From the NCBI RefSeq assembly GCF_004010195.1, contig NC_057719.1, positions 60,961,365-61,025,364 of the forward strand: a stretch of DNA of 64,000 bases, in the 5' to 3' direction. This document shows positions 25,930 to 38,939 of this stretch, in pieces (position 1 is the stretch's first letter; the number at the start of each line of letters is the position of its first letter). A program made the position numbers and the translations under genes. A model generated the notes under the pieces. That model did not search any database. It saw only the letters and a list, made by a program, of their open reading frames with translations, and was not told the origin of the DNA. The stretch comes from Chiloscyllium plagiosum. Its lineage: Eukaryota.

Positions 25930-26750
25930 TCAGTCATAGCGTTAGACAGGGCCGAAATAGACCCTTCGGTCCAAATAGTCCATTCCGACCATAACCCAAA
26001 CTAAACTAGCCCACCTGCATGCTCCTGTCTCATATCCCTTCAAACCTTTCCTATTCATGTACTCTGTAAATGTCTTTTAAACATTGTAATTGTATCCATA
26101 ACCATCACTTCCTCAGGATGTTCATTCCACACGCAAACCACACTCTGGAAATACTTGTCCCTCATGTCTTTTTAAAATCTTTCACCTCTGACCTTAAAAA
26201 CGTGTTAGTGAGTCTTGAAATTACCCCATTCGAGGCAAAAGCCAATGACCATTAACTCTATTTTATAAACTGCTACAAAGTCACCTTTCAACCTCCTATG
26301 CCCCAGTGAAAAACATCCCAGTCTATCCAACCTTTCTTTGTAACTCAACCTTCCATACCCTACAACATCCTGGTAAATCACTTTTGAACCCTCTCCAGCT
26401 TAATAATATCCTTCCTATAACTGGGCAACTGTCTTATTGAACTGGACACAGTCTTATCGAAGAGGCCTCATCAACATATTGTACAACCTCAACACAACCG
26501 TCCAACTCCGATAGTCAAAGGACTGAGGAAAGGAGACAAGTGTGCCAAACACCTTTTTAACACCCTGTCCATATGTGATGCAAACTTCAAAGAATTATAT
26601 ACCTACACCCCTAGGTCTCTCTGTTCTACAACACCACGCAAGGCCTGACCATTAATTGCATAAGCTCTACCCTTATTTGTTGTACCAAAATGCAATATCT
26701 CTCATTTTTTCCAGATTGAATTCTATCTGCCATTTTTCGGCTTATTGACT
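25930..26750 (-). mobile_element. CR1 element A, 3' part (interrupted by element B)
   Basis: HER1-like 3' UTR and C-terminus; breaks at about 26750 and resumes at about 30822. Confidence 0.8.
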
Positions 26751-29700
26751 CAAAGAACAGAGAAAATTTACAGCCCAGCAACAGCCCTTCTGCCCTCCAA
26801 GCCTGAGATGATCCAAATCCACTGTCTAAACCTGTCACCCAATTCCTAAACATCTGTATCCCTCTGCTCCCCACCTACTCATGCATCTGTCCAGATGCAT
26901 CTTAAATGAATCTACTGTGCCTGCCTCTTCACCTCTGCTGGCAACATGTTTTAGGCACCTACCACCTTCTGTGTAAAGTACCTGTCGTATGTATCCCCCT
27001 TAAACTTTTCACCTCTCACCTTGAAAGCGTGACCTCTTGTTATTGAATCCTTCACCCTGGGAAAATGCTTATCTTTATCTATCCTGTCTATACCTTCATT
27101 ATTTTATAGACCTCAATCAGTCCCCCCTCAATCCCCTTTTTTCTAATGAAAGCAATCCTAACCTAGTCAACCTCTCTTCATAGCCAGCACCTTCCATACC
27201 AGGCAACATCCTCATAACCCTTCTCTCCACCCTCTCCAAAGCATCCACATCCTTTGGTAATGTGGCGACCCGAACTGTACACAGTATTCTAAATGCGGCC
27301 GAACCAATGTCTTGTACAATTTTAACATGACCTGCCAGCTCTTATAATCAATACCCCATGAAGGCAAGCATACCATATGGCTTCTTGACCACTCTATCCA
27401 CCTGTGTAGACACCTTTAGGATACAATGTACCTGAACTCCCAGATCTCTCTGTTCATTAACTTTTCCCAAGGCTCTTCCATTTACAGTAGAATCAGACTT
27501 CCCAAAATGCATCACCTCACATTTGCTTGGATTGAACTCCATCTGCCACTTCACCGCCCAACTCTCCAGTCTATCTATATCCTCCTGTATTCTCTGACAG
27601 TCCCCTATGCTTTCTGATACTCCACCAATCTTCATGTCATCTGCAAATTTGCTGATCATACCAACAGTGCCCTCTTCCAGATCATTTATGTATATCACAA
27701 ACAACAGTGGCCCCAGCGCTGACCCCTGTGGAACACCACTGGTCACCTTTCTCCATTTTGAGAAACTCCTTTCTACTCTCTGTCTCCTGTTGTTTAACCA
27801 GTTCTTTATCCATCAGTCTAGAACACCCTGCACACCATGTGACTTCACTTTCTCCATTAGTTTACCATGTATATGACATCTACAGCCCTTCCTGCATCTA
27901 TCAACTTGGCCACTTTCTCAAAGAACTCTATTAAGGCTGTGTCTTAAAATTGATAAATCTCCTGGCCCTGATGGGTTACATCCTAGAGTTCTGAGGGAGG
28001 TGGCTGAGGAAATAGCGGAGGCGTTGGTTGAGATCTTTCAAAAGTCACTGGAGTCAGGGAAAGTCCCGGATGATTGGAAGATCGCTGTTGTAACCCCCTT
28101 GTTCAAGAAAGGATCAAGGCAAAAGATGGAAAATTACAGGCCAATTAGCCTAACCTCGGTTGTTGGTAAAATTCTAGAATCCATCATTAAGGATGAGGTT
28201 TCTAAATTCTTGGAAGAGCAGAGTCGGATTAGAACAAGTCAACATGGATTTAGCAGTCCCGCAGGGTTCAGTGTTGGGGCCGCAGCTGTTCACGTTATAT
28301 ATTAATGATCTGGATGAAGGGACTGGGGGCATTCTAACGAAGTTTGCTGATGATACAAAGTTAGGTGGACAGACAGGTAGTACTGAGGATGTGGGGAGGC
28401 TGCAGAAGGATCTAGGCAGTTTGGAGGAGTGGTCCAGGAAATGGTTGATGGAATTCAATGTGAGCAAATGCGAGGTCTTGCACTTTGGTAAAAAGAATAC
28501 AAGCATGGACTACTTTCTAAACAGTGAGAAAATTCAGAAAGCCAAAGTACAGACGGATCTGGGAGTGCTTGTTGAGGATTCTCTAAAGGTAAACATGCAG
28601 GTTGAGTCCGTGATTAAGAAAGCGAATGCAGTGTTGTCAATTATCTCAAGAGGGTTGGAATATAAAAGTACTGTTGTGCTGCTGAGACTTTATAAAGCTC
28701 TGGTTAGGCCGTATTTGGAGTACTGTGTCCAGTTTTGGTCCCCACACCTCAGGATGGACGTACTGGCACTGGAGCGTGTCCAGCGGAGATTCACATGGAT
28801 GATCCCTGGAATGGTAGGTCTAACATACGAGGAATGGCTGAGGATCCTGGGATTGTATTCATTGGAGTTTAGAAGATTAAGGGGAGATCTAATAGAAACT
28901 TACAAGATAATACATGGCTTGGAGAGGGTGGATGCTAGGAAATTGTTCCGTTAGGCGAGGAGACTAGGACCCCGTGGACACAGCCTTAGAATTAGAGGGG
29001 GTAAATTCAGAACAGAAATGCGGAGACATTTCTTCAGCCAGAGAGTGGTGGGCCTGTGGAATTCATTGCTACAGAGTGCAGTGGAGGCTGGGACGCTAAA
29101 TGTCTTTAAGGCAGACATTGATAAATTCTTGATGTCACAAGGAATTCAGGGCTAGGGGGAGAATGCGGGTAAGTGGAATTGAAATGCCCATCAGCCATGA
29201 TTGAATGGCGGAGTGGACTCGATGGGCCGAATGGCCTTGCTTCCGCTCCTATGTCTTATGGTCTCATCCTTTCTCTAGTTACCCGCTTGCTTCTTATATA
29301 AGAATAAAAGGCTTTGGGATTCTCCTTTATTCTGCTCGCTAAAGCTATTTCATGACCCCTTTTAGCCCACTTGATTCCTCGTTTAAGACTGGTCCTACTC
29401 TCCCAATATTCTTCCAGCGCTCGTTTTGTTCTTAGCTGCCTGGACCTTATGTATGATTCCCTTTTACCTCTTGGCTAGTTGTACAATTTCTCCTGTCATC
29501 CACAGTTCATGAATCTTGCTTTTCCTATCCTTTGCTTTCTACAGGACATACCTATCCTGCACTATCTTTAACCTATCTTTGAAAGCCTCCCACAAATTAC
29601 ATGTGGACCTCTCTTCAAATAGCTGTGTCCAATCCACATTTCCCAGCTCCTGCCTAATTTTGATATAATTGGCCTTGACCCAGTTTAGTACTCTTCCCTT

Positions 29701-30821
29701 AGGACCACTCTCATCTTTGTCTACGAGTATTCTAAAACTTACAGAACTGTGGTCACTGTTCCCAAAGAAATCCCCCATTGCAACTTCTACCATCTGGCCT
29801 GGCTCATTCCCCAACACCAGCTCCAATATGGCCCCTTCCCTCGTCAGACTATTGATATACTGCTCTAGAAAACTCTCCTGGATGCTTCTTACAAATTCTG
29901 TCCCATCCAGATCTCACATACTAAGTGTATTCTAATCAATGTTGGGAAAATTAAAATCTCCCTGTTGCCCCTATATCTTTCCATAATCTGTTTACCTATT
30001 TGCTCTTCTACCTCATGCTCACTATTGGGAGGCCTGTAATACAGCCCCAACAATGTAACTACACCCTTCTTATTTCTCAGCTCCATCCATAATACTTCAT
30101 TACTCAAGCACACCATAGTAACCTCCTTTAGCACAGCCATCATTTCATCCCTGACCAGCAACACAACTCATCCCCCCTTTTACTTCCCTCCCTGTCCTGT
30201 CTGAAGCATCTGTATCCTGGAACATTTCGTTGCCAAATATGCCCTTCCTTCAAGCAGGTCTCTGTGATTGCAATAACTCCTAGGCACCAATCCAAGCCTT
30301 AAGTTCATCTGCCTTACCCACTATACTACTTGCATTAAAGTATATGCACTTCAGGCCACTGGTTCTTTTGCGTTCATCTGCTGTCTGTTTACTCTTTCCC
30401 TTATTAATGCTAACTTCATGGTTCTTACAGTCTCCAGTTTCCATCTTGCTGTCTACTTGACTTCTCTTCTGGTTCCCAGCCCCCTGCCACATTAGTTTAA
30501 AACATCCCCAACAGCAGTAGCTAAAACTCCCCCAAGGATATTAGTTCCAATTTGGTTCAGATGTAGACCATCCAATTTGTAATAGTCCCACCTTCCCCAG
30601 AACCGGTCCCAATGTCCAACAAATCTGTACCCCTCCATCCTACACCATCCCTCAAGCCACATGTTTATCCTGCCTATTCTTTTATTTCTACGCTGGCTAG
30701 CACGTGGCACTGGTAGTAATCCTGAGATCACTACCTTTGAGGTCCTTCTTTTTAACTTCTCTAATAGCTCCCTGAATTCTGCTTTCAGGATCTCAGCTCA
30801 ATTTTTACTGATATCATTGGT
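26751..30821 (-). mobile_element. CR1 element B: ORF1 esterase end, EN, RT and 3' end; interrupted by element C
   Basis: ISGLLPVPRASQRRNKRIGRINMWLEGWC..DGLHLN (SGNH esterase ORF1); LKCIYFNASSIVGKADEL; YYRPPNS; GNSDHSSV; GVPQGSALGP..FADD. Confidence 0.9.
27939..29264 (+). mobile_element. CR1 element C, younger, internally deleted in RT
   Basis: KSPGPDGLHPRVL..NYRPISLTSVVGKILE..SQHGFS joined at about 28256 to VPQGSVLGP; tail tatgtcttatggtct. Confidence 0.92.
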
Positions 30822-31070
30822 GCCTCATTTGATTATGATCCCTTTGTAATCTTAGAAAACCTTCTTTACTGTCTTTCTACGATGACATCAATTTTGGTAT
30901 TTCCGCAAACTTACTAACCATGCCTTCTATATTCACATCCAAATCATTTATATAAATGACAAACAAAAGTGGACCGAGAACTGATCTCTGTGGAACTCCA
31001 CTGGAGACAAGCCTCCAGTACAAAAAGTAATCCTCCACCATCACTCTCTGTCTCCTGCCTTTCAACCATG
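30822..31070 (-). mobile_element. CR1 element A, 5' part (RT)
   Basis: GRRQRVMVED..GVPQRSVLGPLLFVIYINDL; collinear with the break at 26750. Confidence 0.75.
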
Positions 31071-31179
31071 TTAAATAAAATGAAGTCTTGAGTAGCTTAC
31101 AAGTTCATCAGAGAAAAACTTCAAAAACAGAAGGTATTAAAGGTGTCAGAGAAACAAGAATCTAACATATAAGAAAATA

Positions 31180-31292
31180 AAAACTACAGATGCTGGAGAT
31201 CTGAAACAAAAACAGAAAGTGCTGGAAAAAACATAGCAGGTCTGGAAGCATCTGCAGCAATAAAAACAGAGATAACATTGAGTCCAGAGACC
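31180..31292 (-). mobile_element. Decayed PLE 3' tail
   Basis: Minus strand gatgcttccagacctgct..tccagcac..gatctccagcatctg resembles the family B tail; hammerhead core not preserved. Confidence 0.55.
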
Positions 31293-32774
31293 ATGCATCA
31301 TAACTTTGTTAGACATCTGACAAAGCTGTTGAATGCATGAGTTTAAGAAACACATGCTAAGGAGTAAGTGAGCCATGTTAGCAGTTTGTTGAAGGATTCC
31401 ATGAAGATACATTAAATGAAGAAGATAAATGAACTGAATTCAGACATTTGCCAGTGAGAAACTGAATACAATGTCACCAACTTAACAAGAAACTTTGAAG
31501 GGCAAACAAGGGGTTTCTTCAGTGAGGTTTAAGTATTGAGGACAAAAGTGTTGAATTTTCATTTTTGATATTGTAATAGGACAGATGCCTAAATGAATAT
31601 ATCAATTTCTATTCCACTTGCTAACTGAGCTCTATCTAATTGATAAATCATCAGTTATTCAAAAAGGTAGCTTTGCACTACATATACAAAGTAAAAAAAA
31701 ATGTATTCTGGAAGTCATACCCATCTGTATTTTACAGGTATCAATATTGTGAAATAAGGAAGCATGGTTACTCAAGAATATAATATTGGTTACAATTCAC
31801 ATATCTAAGTTTGTAGTCACTTAATTTTCAATGCCTTAATTCAAATTGAAATGGTGTAAATTCTATTTCAATGGCTTTATTTTAACTACTGACAAAAAAA
31901 AGGAGTTGTGTTTGTGCAAGTGTATCTCTATCTAACTGGAAGTTAAATGATATATTTGAGTTCTATATCAAGTATTTGGAAAAATTAGGTAATTACTCCT
32001 TATGTTCATCTAAGCAATTTCTTTTTCAAAAACACACTCAAAGAAATGTTGTTAACATGCAAATTGAATTGTTTCCTTATAAACTGAAGAATAGATATCT
32101 TCTGGTTTATCCTGATAATCAAAAATACCCCACAGCCATTGAAGCTGATTTAAATTTTAGACATGCAACATATCATTGGAAATAGATTGCTGCTGCCCAC
32201 CCCTCTCAGTATCATGAGGCCTGAGTCAATTTGAGGCCAGAGCCACATTTAAAATGTGTAAGAATATAACAAGTGCTCTGAAGCATCCTGTTGGTTGTGG
32301 AGAGTAAGAGATCAGTTATCCAGTGCACAGCAGTCTAAGCGAGAAGACAGGGCTGAACACGGATATATATATCTCACATTTGTGAGCCTAAAAACACTCT
32401 TGTTCTTCCTGGACCCATAAAATAAGTTTCAAACATGTTTTACCATTTTGAATAGCTTCCCATAATCTATTTAAGGACATTATGCTGGTCCACCACGCTG
32501 CTTCGAAAAGATGGTCCATCAGCAGCCAAATTCTGCCCATTTCTCTGTCAAAGTTGCAAGTTGCAAAGTTGCATATGTTCTGTTGCACTAAAGAGAAGAC
32601 TATCCAACATCCATTCTCAGAACTCTTCGCAAATTACAGTGGAACATCAATAGGGGGTAGGTGATCAAGTCATTTACAGGTTGTTGTTTTTCCATTCAGA
32701 CTAGGTGGCGGCACTTAAAGTTGACCCAATTGCTTTATAATATCCTTTGATTGTTAGTTTCTGTTCACAGGTAA

Positions 32775-32995
32775 ATGACAATGTGGTTGACACTTAATTT
32801 CCCTCTGAAATGGCTTCCCACATTGCTGAGGTGTACCAAATTGCTATAGAAAAACCAAATAGCACCATGGAGGTAGCTACACACAAAGGGTTTGAAGTGG
32901 TTCAAAAGGAGGCTCACTGTTACTTTTTAAAGGACAATTAGAGATGGACAATAAATGCTGGTTTTTCCCCAATGGTCACATGCACTGAATGAAGA
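32775..32995 (+). mobile_element. Short derivative of the tRNA-headed LINE (5' UTR piece + 3' tail)
   Basis: aatgtggttgacacttaatttccctctgaaatggc followed by gagatggacaataaatgctgg. Confidence 0.6.
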
Positions 32996-34685
32996 ACAAG
33001 GCAGTAAAAGCTAAGATGCGTGCTAGTAGAAATACATTTGAAACAGCATGCTATATAGTCCTACAGGTATTTAAATAGAGAGCTGTAAAAGCTTTAGCAG
33101 GTTCAGAAAGTCAAGCATAATGGATTAACACTGAACCATCTTTTTAATGCTGAAAGATGGCCTACGAATTTGGGGTAGCCTGGTGCATATCATCAACGCA
33201 AAGCTATGTAATACTGGTTTAAGTAACAGAGTTCAATTCACTTGGACTGTGTTCAATTTACTGCAAAATGAACCCCGCCCTTTGTATTAAGTCTCATCTA
33301 CCAAATATTTGTTTGGTCCACCTTAAAATCTTAAGGAAGCGATCGCACATGAGACACAAATGTCCTGTCCAGTTTTGAAGGAATACAGAAATTTGATTTG
33401 TGTATAAACCTTGACAGTTACTCTTCACTAAATGAAACAATTAACTAAAAGGATTGTGATTATGTTGTCAAAATTTTTATTTCCTCATTTTGGAATGAGC
33501 CCAAATTAATAATATGAATGCCCATTAAATATGCTGGCCACAAACAAGGTTTTGAGTTCAATCCAATTGACAAGATTAGGAAGAAGCCCCAAAAAGATTC
33601 AATTCACCTCAATAATAACAGGTTGAAAACAAAGGTTACACAAGTTAATCTGTTTTTGTTATGAAGCTATTTGTAAACTTGTATAGATAGGTTTTTCTTT
33701 CATGAAACACCAATACTTACACACTTTTAAAAATATTGGCCCAAATCTATTGACCTGAATCAGGGGATATGGATTGGCAGGTCAATGAGAAGGGGAAGTA
33801 GATAGGTGACTGGTTATGGTGACAGTCAGGTTAAGCCCTAGAGTGCAGGTATGTGAGAGGGTAGGATTATAGCTGTGTAAGGATGTTGATTAGCAGATAG
33901 GTTGGGGTGAGTTGACAGATGTGACTGAGAATGAATGAGATGGTCAGTGAGTGGATGAAGAGCTTGGAAGGAGTTAGTCCTATATGGAATATTGGGCCAA
34001 TCGAACCCTGTAGGTAGTTAGACATAATTAGTAATGTTGGAAAGTTCTGAGCAGCCCTGCTTGCAGCTCTCACTCTTAAGAGCATCACTGACCATTTTCA
34101 ATGACACTTCAATAACTTGTGGAATTTTACAGACTACGTATTCCTTTTAGATCAAGAGAATAATCATGTTTACTACACAAGCCGAAATACTCAACCACAA
34201 TGCTGTACTTAACAAGCATAGGCTGTGAAAAGATTAACAATGCCCAAATGTGAACTCAGTGAGATACTGGATGGAATATTGTCCAATAATCCTATGTTTC
34301 ATCAAGTTAACAGCACATCTCTCCCAACAGTAAAATAAGATTATGCTGTTCTCTTATCAATTTAATTTTCTATCTGACCAGGTAACTAAAGTTACAACAG
34401 AATGAGCATTTTTTAAATGTTAAAATAATTTATACACAGCACAGCTGGCAAACATGTCACCTTTCCAATATAGATATTTCTTGCTTTTATCTTATACAAG
34501 TTATCTGACAACAGTTTATTTATAATAAACTTTTTACAGTAAGGTCAGGCTACACCTAATTGATAACAATATAACAAAATACAATCTGGTCACTTTTAAA
34601 CATTAAAAGTGATAATAAGCAAACAATAAATTAATCATGATATATTTTGTTATGGTGATCATCTGGGCATCATTTAAATGCTTTA

Positions 34686-34834
34686 CAAGTAGCTGTTCTA
34701 TAATGTGATGGTTGCATTCTCATGCAACCCCACATTATAGAAAAAATCTCACTTCAGAAATAGTGTCCCGAGTTCATTAATCATGTTACAGCAAATTCGC
34801 ATTAATGAAATGCGTGCTACAGGAGAATGACCTG
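34686..34834. mobile_element. MITE-like element with TA flanks and internal hairpin
   Basis: Imperfect TIRs (TA-caagtagctgttctata / tacaggagaatgacctg-TA); hairpin 34696-34742. Confidence 0.55.
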
Positions 34835-35209
34835 TACAGCATTCCAATAGAAGCTACTAAAAGTATACTTCCCACTACTTAGCAAAGATTACATTCATGG
34901 ATTAAAACAGTAAATTATCATTTTGTCTATAACTGAAATCAGAAGCATTATTATTAATTAATCAGAACCTTGAAAAAGACAGATTTTGCATAATTACTTC
35001 CAGCCCATTTTTAAGCCTTTTCTCGGAGATAAGTAATTGTGATCCACTTTGAATTTTCCTATGTGGTGTTTTCCTCTCCACAACAAAATGCTTAGGCTCC
35101 TCTTCAGACTTTTCCAATGACAGCAATACTGGGATAAGGAAACAATTATGGAATGTTCATCAAATTACATTATGTATGTTTGTAGACTCTGAATTCCATA
35201 TTAATAAAA

Positions 35210-35524
35210 GCGGCACGGTGGCACAGTGGTTAGCACTGCTGCCTCACAGCGCCAGACACCCGGGTTCAATTCCGACTCAGGCGACTGACTGTGTGGAGTT
35301 TGCACATTCTCCCCGTGTCTGCGTGGGTTTCCTCCGGGTGCTCCGGTTTCCTCCCACAGTCGCAAAGATGTGCGGGTCAGGTGAATTGGCCATGCTAAAT
35401 TGCCTGTAGTGTTAGGTTAATGGGGTGAATGTAGGGGTATGGGTGGGTTGCGCTTCGGCAGGTCAGTGTGGACTTGTTGGGCCGAAGGGCCTGTTTCCAC
35501 ACTGTAAGTAATCTAATTCATCTA
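35210..35524 (+). mobile_element. HE1-type V-SINE, full length
   Basis: Near-identical to 12315-12631. Confidence 0.92.
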
Positions 35525-35797
35525 AGACAGGTTCTTTCGGTTTCTGGTGGCTGGCAAGTTTCACATGCCACATTACCTGCGTAACAGGTCTGTAAAGGTC
35601 ACTGACCCCAAGGTCAGCTGAAGACAATGAACATTGGCCACTCTTTGTTAATATATAAGAGAAGCCTCTGTTCTCTCTTCAGATATGCAATGGATTAGGT
35701 TGACATCAAAAGCTGCAAGTGTCATATTGTTAGATAAGAGCTGAAAATGTGTTGCTGGAAAAGCGCAGCAGGTCAGGCAGCATCCAGGGAACAGGAG

Positions 35798-35833
35798 AAT
35801 CGACGTTTCGGGCATAAGCCCTTCTTCAGGAAT
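35798..35833 (-). ncRNA. Minimal hammerhead ribozyme motif, intact core
   Basis: Minus strand reads AUUC-CUGAAGA-A-GGGC-UUAU-GCCC-GAAA-CGUC-GAUU. Confidence 0.75.
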
Positions 35834-35856
35834 CCCTTCATTCAGGAATCTTCTTC

Positions 35857-35892
35857 ATTCCTGAAGAAGGGCTTATGCCCGAAACATCGATT
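35857..35892 (+). ncRNA. Minimal hammerhead ribozyme motif (AUC variant)
   Basis: ATTC-CTGAAGA-A-GGGC-TTAT-GCCC-GAAA-CATC-GATT. Confidence 0.65.
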
Positions 35893-37307
35893 CTCCTGTT
35901 CCCTGGATGCTGCCTGACCTGCTGCGCTTTTCCAGCAACACATTTTCAGCTCTGATCTCCAGCATCTGCAGACCTCACTTTCTCCTTGTTAGATAAGAAC
36001 ATGACAAATGGAGGAGACCATGATTCAAAATTCATGGGGCAACAGAAAAATTCAGTTCCAAAAACACCAGGCGATCCTGGAAAATTTAATCATAGGTGCA
36101 ACCAATTAGAAAAAGGTCATCCAACTGAGAGAATCGGTGAGAGGCTGTTGCTCCAATCACAGGCAGCTTCTCTCTTGCATTTGTTGGTGATAGCCAATTT
36201 ATCACCAACAAACATGGGAGTGAAGCAGTCTGTAATTGGAGCAGCATCAAGAAGGTGAGTGGCAGCACAGTTATCAAGGCTGCCAAGGCCTGCAGAGGCT
36301 GTAGGAAATGCAGAAGTAAGGCATTGAGATTGGTGAGACAGCAGTGGGGCAGGTCACAAAGCTGGCAAGGCTAGGCCATGTGGAATCTTGCTTCTTTTCA
36401 TTCTCACTAGTTCCTTTATTAGGTGATGCAGTCATGTAGTAGCATTACCTGCTATAATTTTGTGTATGTTTGAGGTATATAGACTCTCAAGCAGAATTAA
36501 ACAATTCATCAATATTCTCAATAATCTCTGCTCCATTAAACTTAAAGTCATAAAGAATGCATTAATTTTCTTGACACCACTGTATTTAAATTGCTGTAAG
36601 ACAGCAGGAATGAGTTGACAAGAGATTAAAAGTGAAAGCTAATATACATTCCTAAACACAAAAATCCATCACCCTAAGCACTCTTTTCAGAAAGTGGGCG
36701 ACATCACAGCTAATCATTTGCACATTTGCTTCGAACACAGTCACTGTACCTCAACTAATATACACTGTTTCAAATATTTGGAGATCTGTTGTCATGTAAA
36801 TGCAAATCTATATGAAATGAAACTGGTCAATTTTAAATTATCTGTCTGAAACAATGTCATTACAATAGCAACTGCTGCAATTTTCCCTATGTAGTAGCTC
36901 TTGAAGTCCTAGACCCTTAAGCAAGTGACTCTTCATTTGTTTGCAAGAAATTATCCATGATTATCCAGTGCGATTCTTATAAGTCCTCATTATTTCTTGA
37001 TGACCACACTGTTTACAGTGTAATTAACGTTGGGGGTCTATAAACGATACTCACAAGTGATTTCCTTCCTCTGCTATTTATTATTTCACTTGAACTGACT
37101 TTACATCTTGATCTTCTAAGCCAAGGTTATTTAATATTACTACACTCATCTCATCATCATTATAAACAGAGCTCCTTTTCCTTTCTTCATATCCAATGTC
37201 TTTGAAATTATATGCTGGATTTCCATGAGACTTTCAATGAGAGTTACAACGTATCTATTCTAACAGTTACAACAGTTATAGCATATAATAATCAAAAGAT
37301 CTCTAAT

Positions 37308-37360
37308 TATACCATTATTAATTACACCATTATTATTATTACACCATTACACCATTACCA
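37308..37360. repeat. Imperfect tandem repeat (attacacc/attatt units)
   Basis: taccattattaattacaccattattattattacaccattacaccattacca. Confidence 0.7.
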
Positions 37361-38477
37361 AATGGTTGGCTACATTCCATAACTTACACTATCCCAGCAG
37401 GAGAGTTGTAAATTCACAGTTTGATTAATAGCTCAAAAACATTGTTAGAGGATTTCTGTCTTTGATATGGGGTCATGAATATAGGGTTGTTGGTTTGATT
37501 AAAGAATTAAGTACTTGAGTGGCTTTTCAAATTTTGAGTGGACTTTCCTACGTTAGTTATTTCCTTATTATTGTAGAGCTGTAATAGATATTTAAATCTT
37601 CAATTATATTATCTCAACATGATTCCTGACGTTCATCCATGATGAATGTTAGCATGGAAGGGTTAATCTGAACTAGCAATCAATTGGCATGAGAGCTTTA
37701 AGGAGTCATGGGGGTATATATGGTGCATGAGTTGACAAAGAAGTTGTAATGGTCACGGGAGGTGGGTAGCAGACATGAATGGACATGGTAGCTATAAAAG
37801 GCCATGGAGGCCATGTGAGTTGGCAAAGTGACTAAGAGGGTTCTAGGGTTAGCATGGGGAATGAGTACAGTATAGATGAAGTGTAAAGGTTTGAGATAGA
37901 GGGGCTAACATTTAACAAAACAACCGGAAAACATCCTGGAGAATTCAGCTGGACCTTTCATGCATTCTCTGTCAACTGGATATCATTGTTAACTTATTTT
38001 GTTAGCCACAGATAGTGCATCCTTCTCATAGACACTCAATGGAACGCATTTCCCTGTGGCAACACCTGATCCGCTTTCAAGGACAGCATGCTTGATCCCA
38101 TCCTCCATGGTGCTCTCCCCAAACTGTGAATCACACAGTTCAGGAACATTTTCCCAAAGCAGGTTCACCAAACCAGGGAATTTCCTGAGCTTCCCAATTC
38201 AGGACCATAAATCAGACCATTACTTTAGCAATAGTTACAATACCGCATTAATTTATTTTTTGAGCTATCAATTAGTCTATATTGTTACACATGCTGCATG
38301 TCCGATAAGATGACTTTAACGCTGGGTGGAATCTTACAGAGCTCTGAATGGACCATGATGAAATATCTGGAACATTTGTGTGAAACGTCCTGAGCCTTTC
38401 TCGATGTCAGGACTATCTAGTTGAATTTTCCAACAGAGTCCCTGAGATTCTAGATATTCAGACGAGATTCTTGGTAG

Positions 38478-38655
38478 TGTTACGACACGCAGTAAACCCC
38501 TTTGTTAATTTAAACCCAACACGCAGCGAACCTCACCTCACACCATAATCTGTTGAATTTCAGTAGGCAAAGAACTATCCCAGATTTCACTATTTAACTA
38601 TTTCACTATTCTTTAAGTCCAATAGAGATAATAAAACAACTATTTACAACTCTCC
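38478..38655 (-). mobile_element. LTR 3'-end fragment, same family as 59397-60115
   Basis: tgttacgacac..gtaaacccct..aatttaaacc..taatctgttga..ggcaaagaactatcccaga aligns to the reverse complement of about 59930-60115. Confidence 0.75.
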
Positions 38656-38939
38656 CTGCCTTGCCAATCTTTGCTTTTTTAGCTCAAATATAAAGCTATG
38701 CAGCATGGTATGGTTATCAGCAGACACTAGTCAACAGAGTGGGCATGCCCTTGTGTGACATTGTGCTATGTCAATGTGACATCTGCACCATGTGTCAGCA
38801 GCACATGAGTTTCAGTAAAATGGTCATGTCTCAAAGTCAGGAGAAGAATTCAGACACATCATGGAGACACCTTTCGTGCAGAGGTACTCACACAATAAGT
38901 GAAGGACAGTGTCCAATATGAGTCCAGGGGCTTGGACAC

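Larger units (their letters stand above)
35740..35985. mobile_element. Fold-back PLE 3'-end element (family B), young
   Basis: Near-perfect inverted arms; TSD TTGTTAGATAAGA (35727-35739, 35986-35998). Confidence 0.9.

Noticed and set aside
32446..32588. Possible minus-strand exon (QQNICNFATCNFDREMG..)
   Set aside because: Splice-like ends but an unrecognised peptide and a phase incompatible with the candidate at 35 kb
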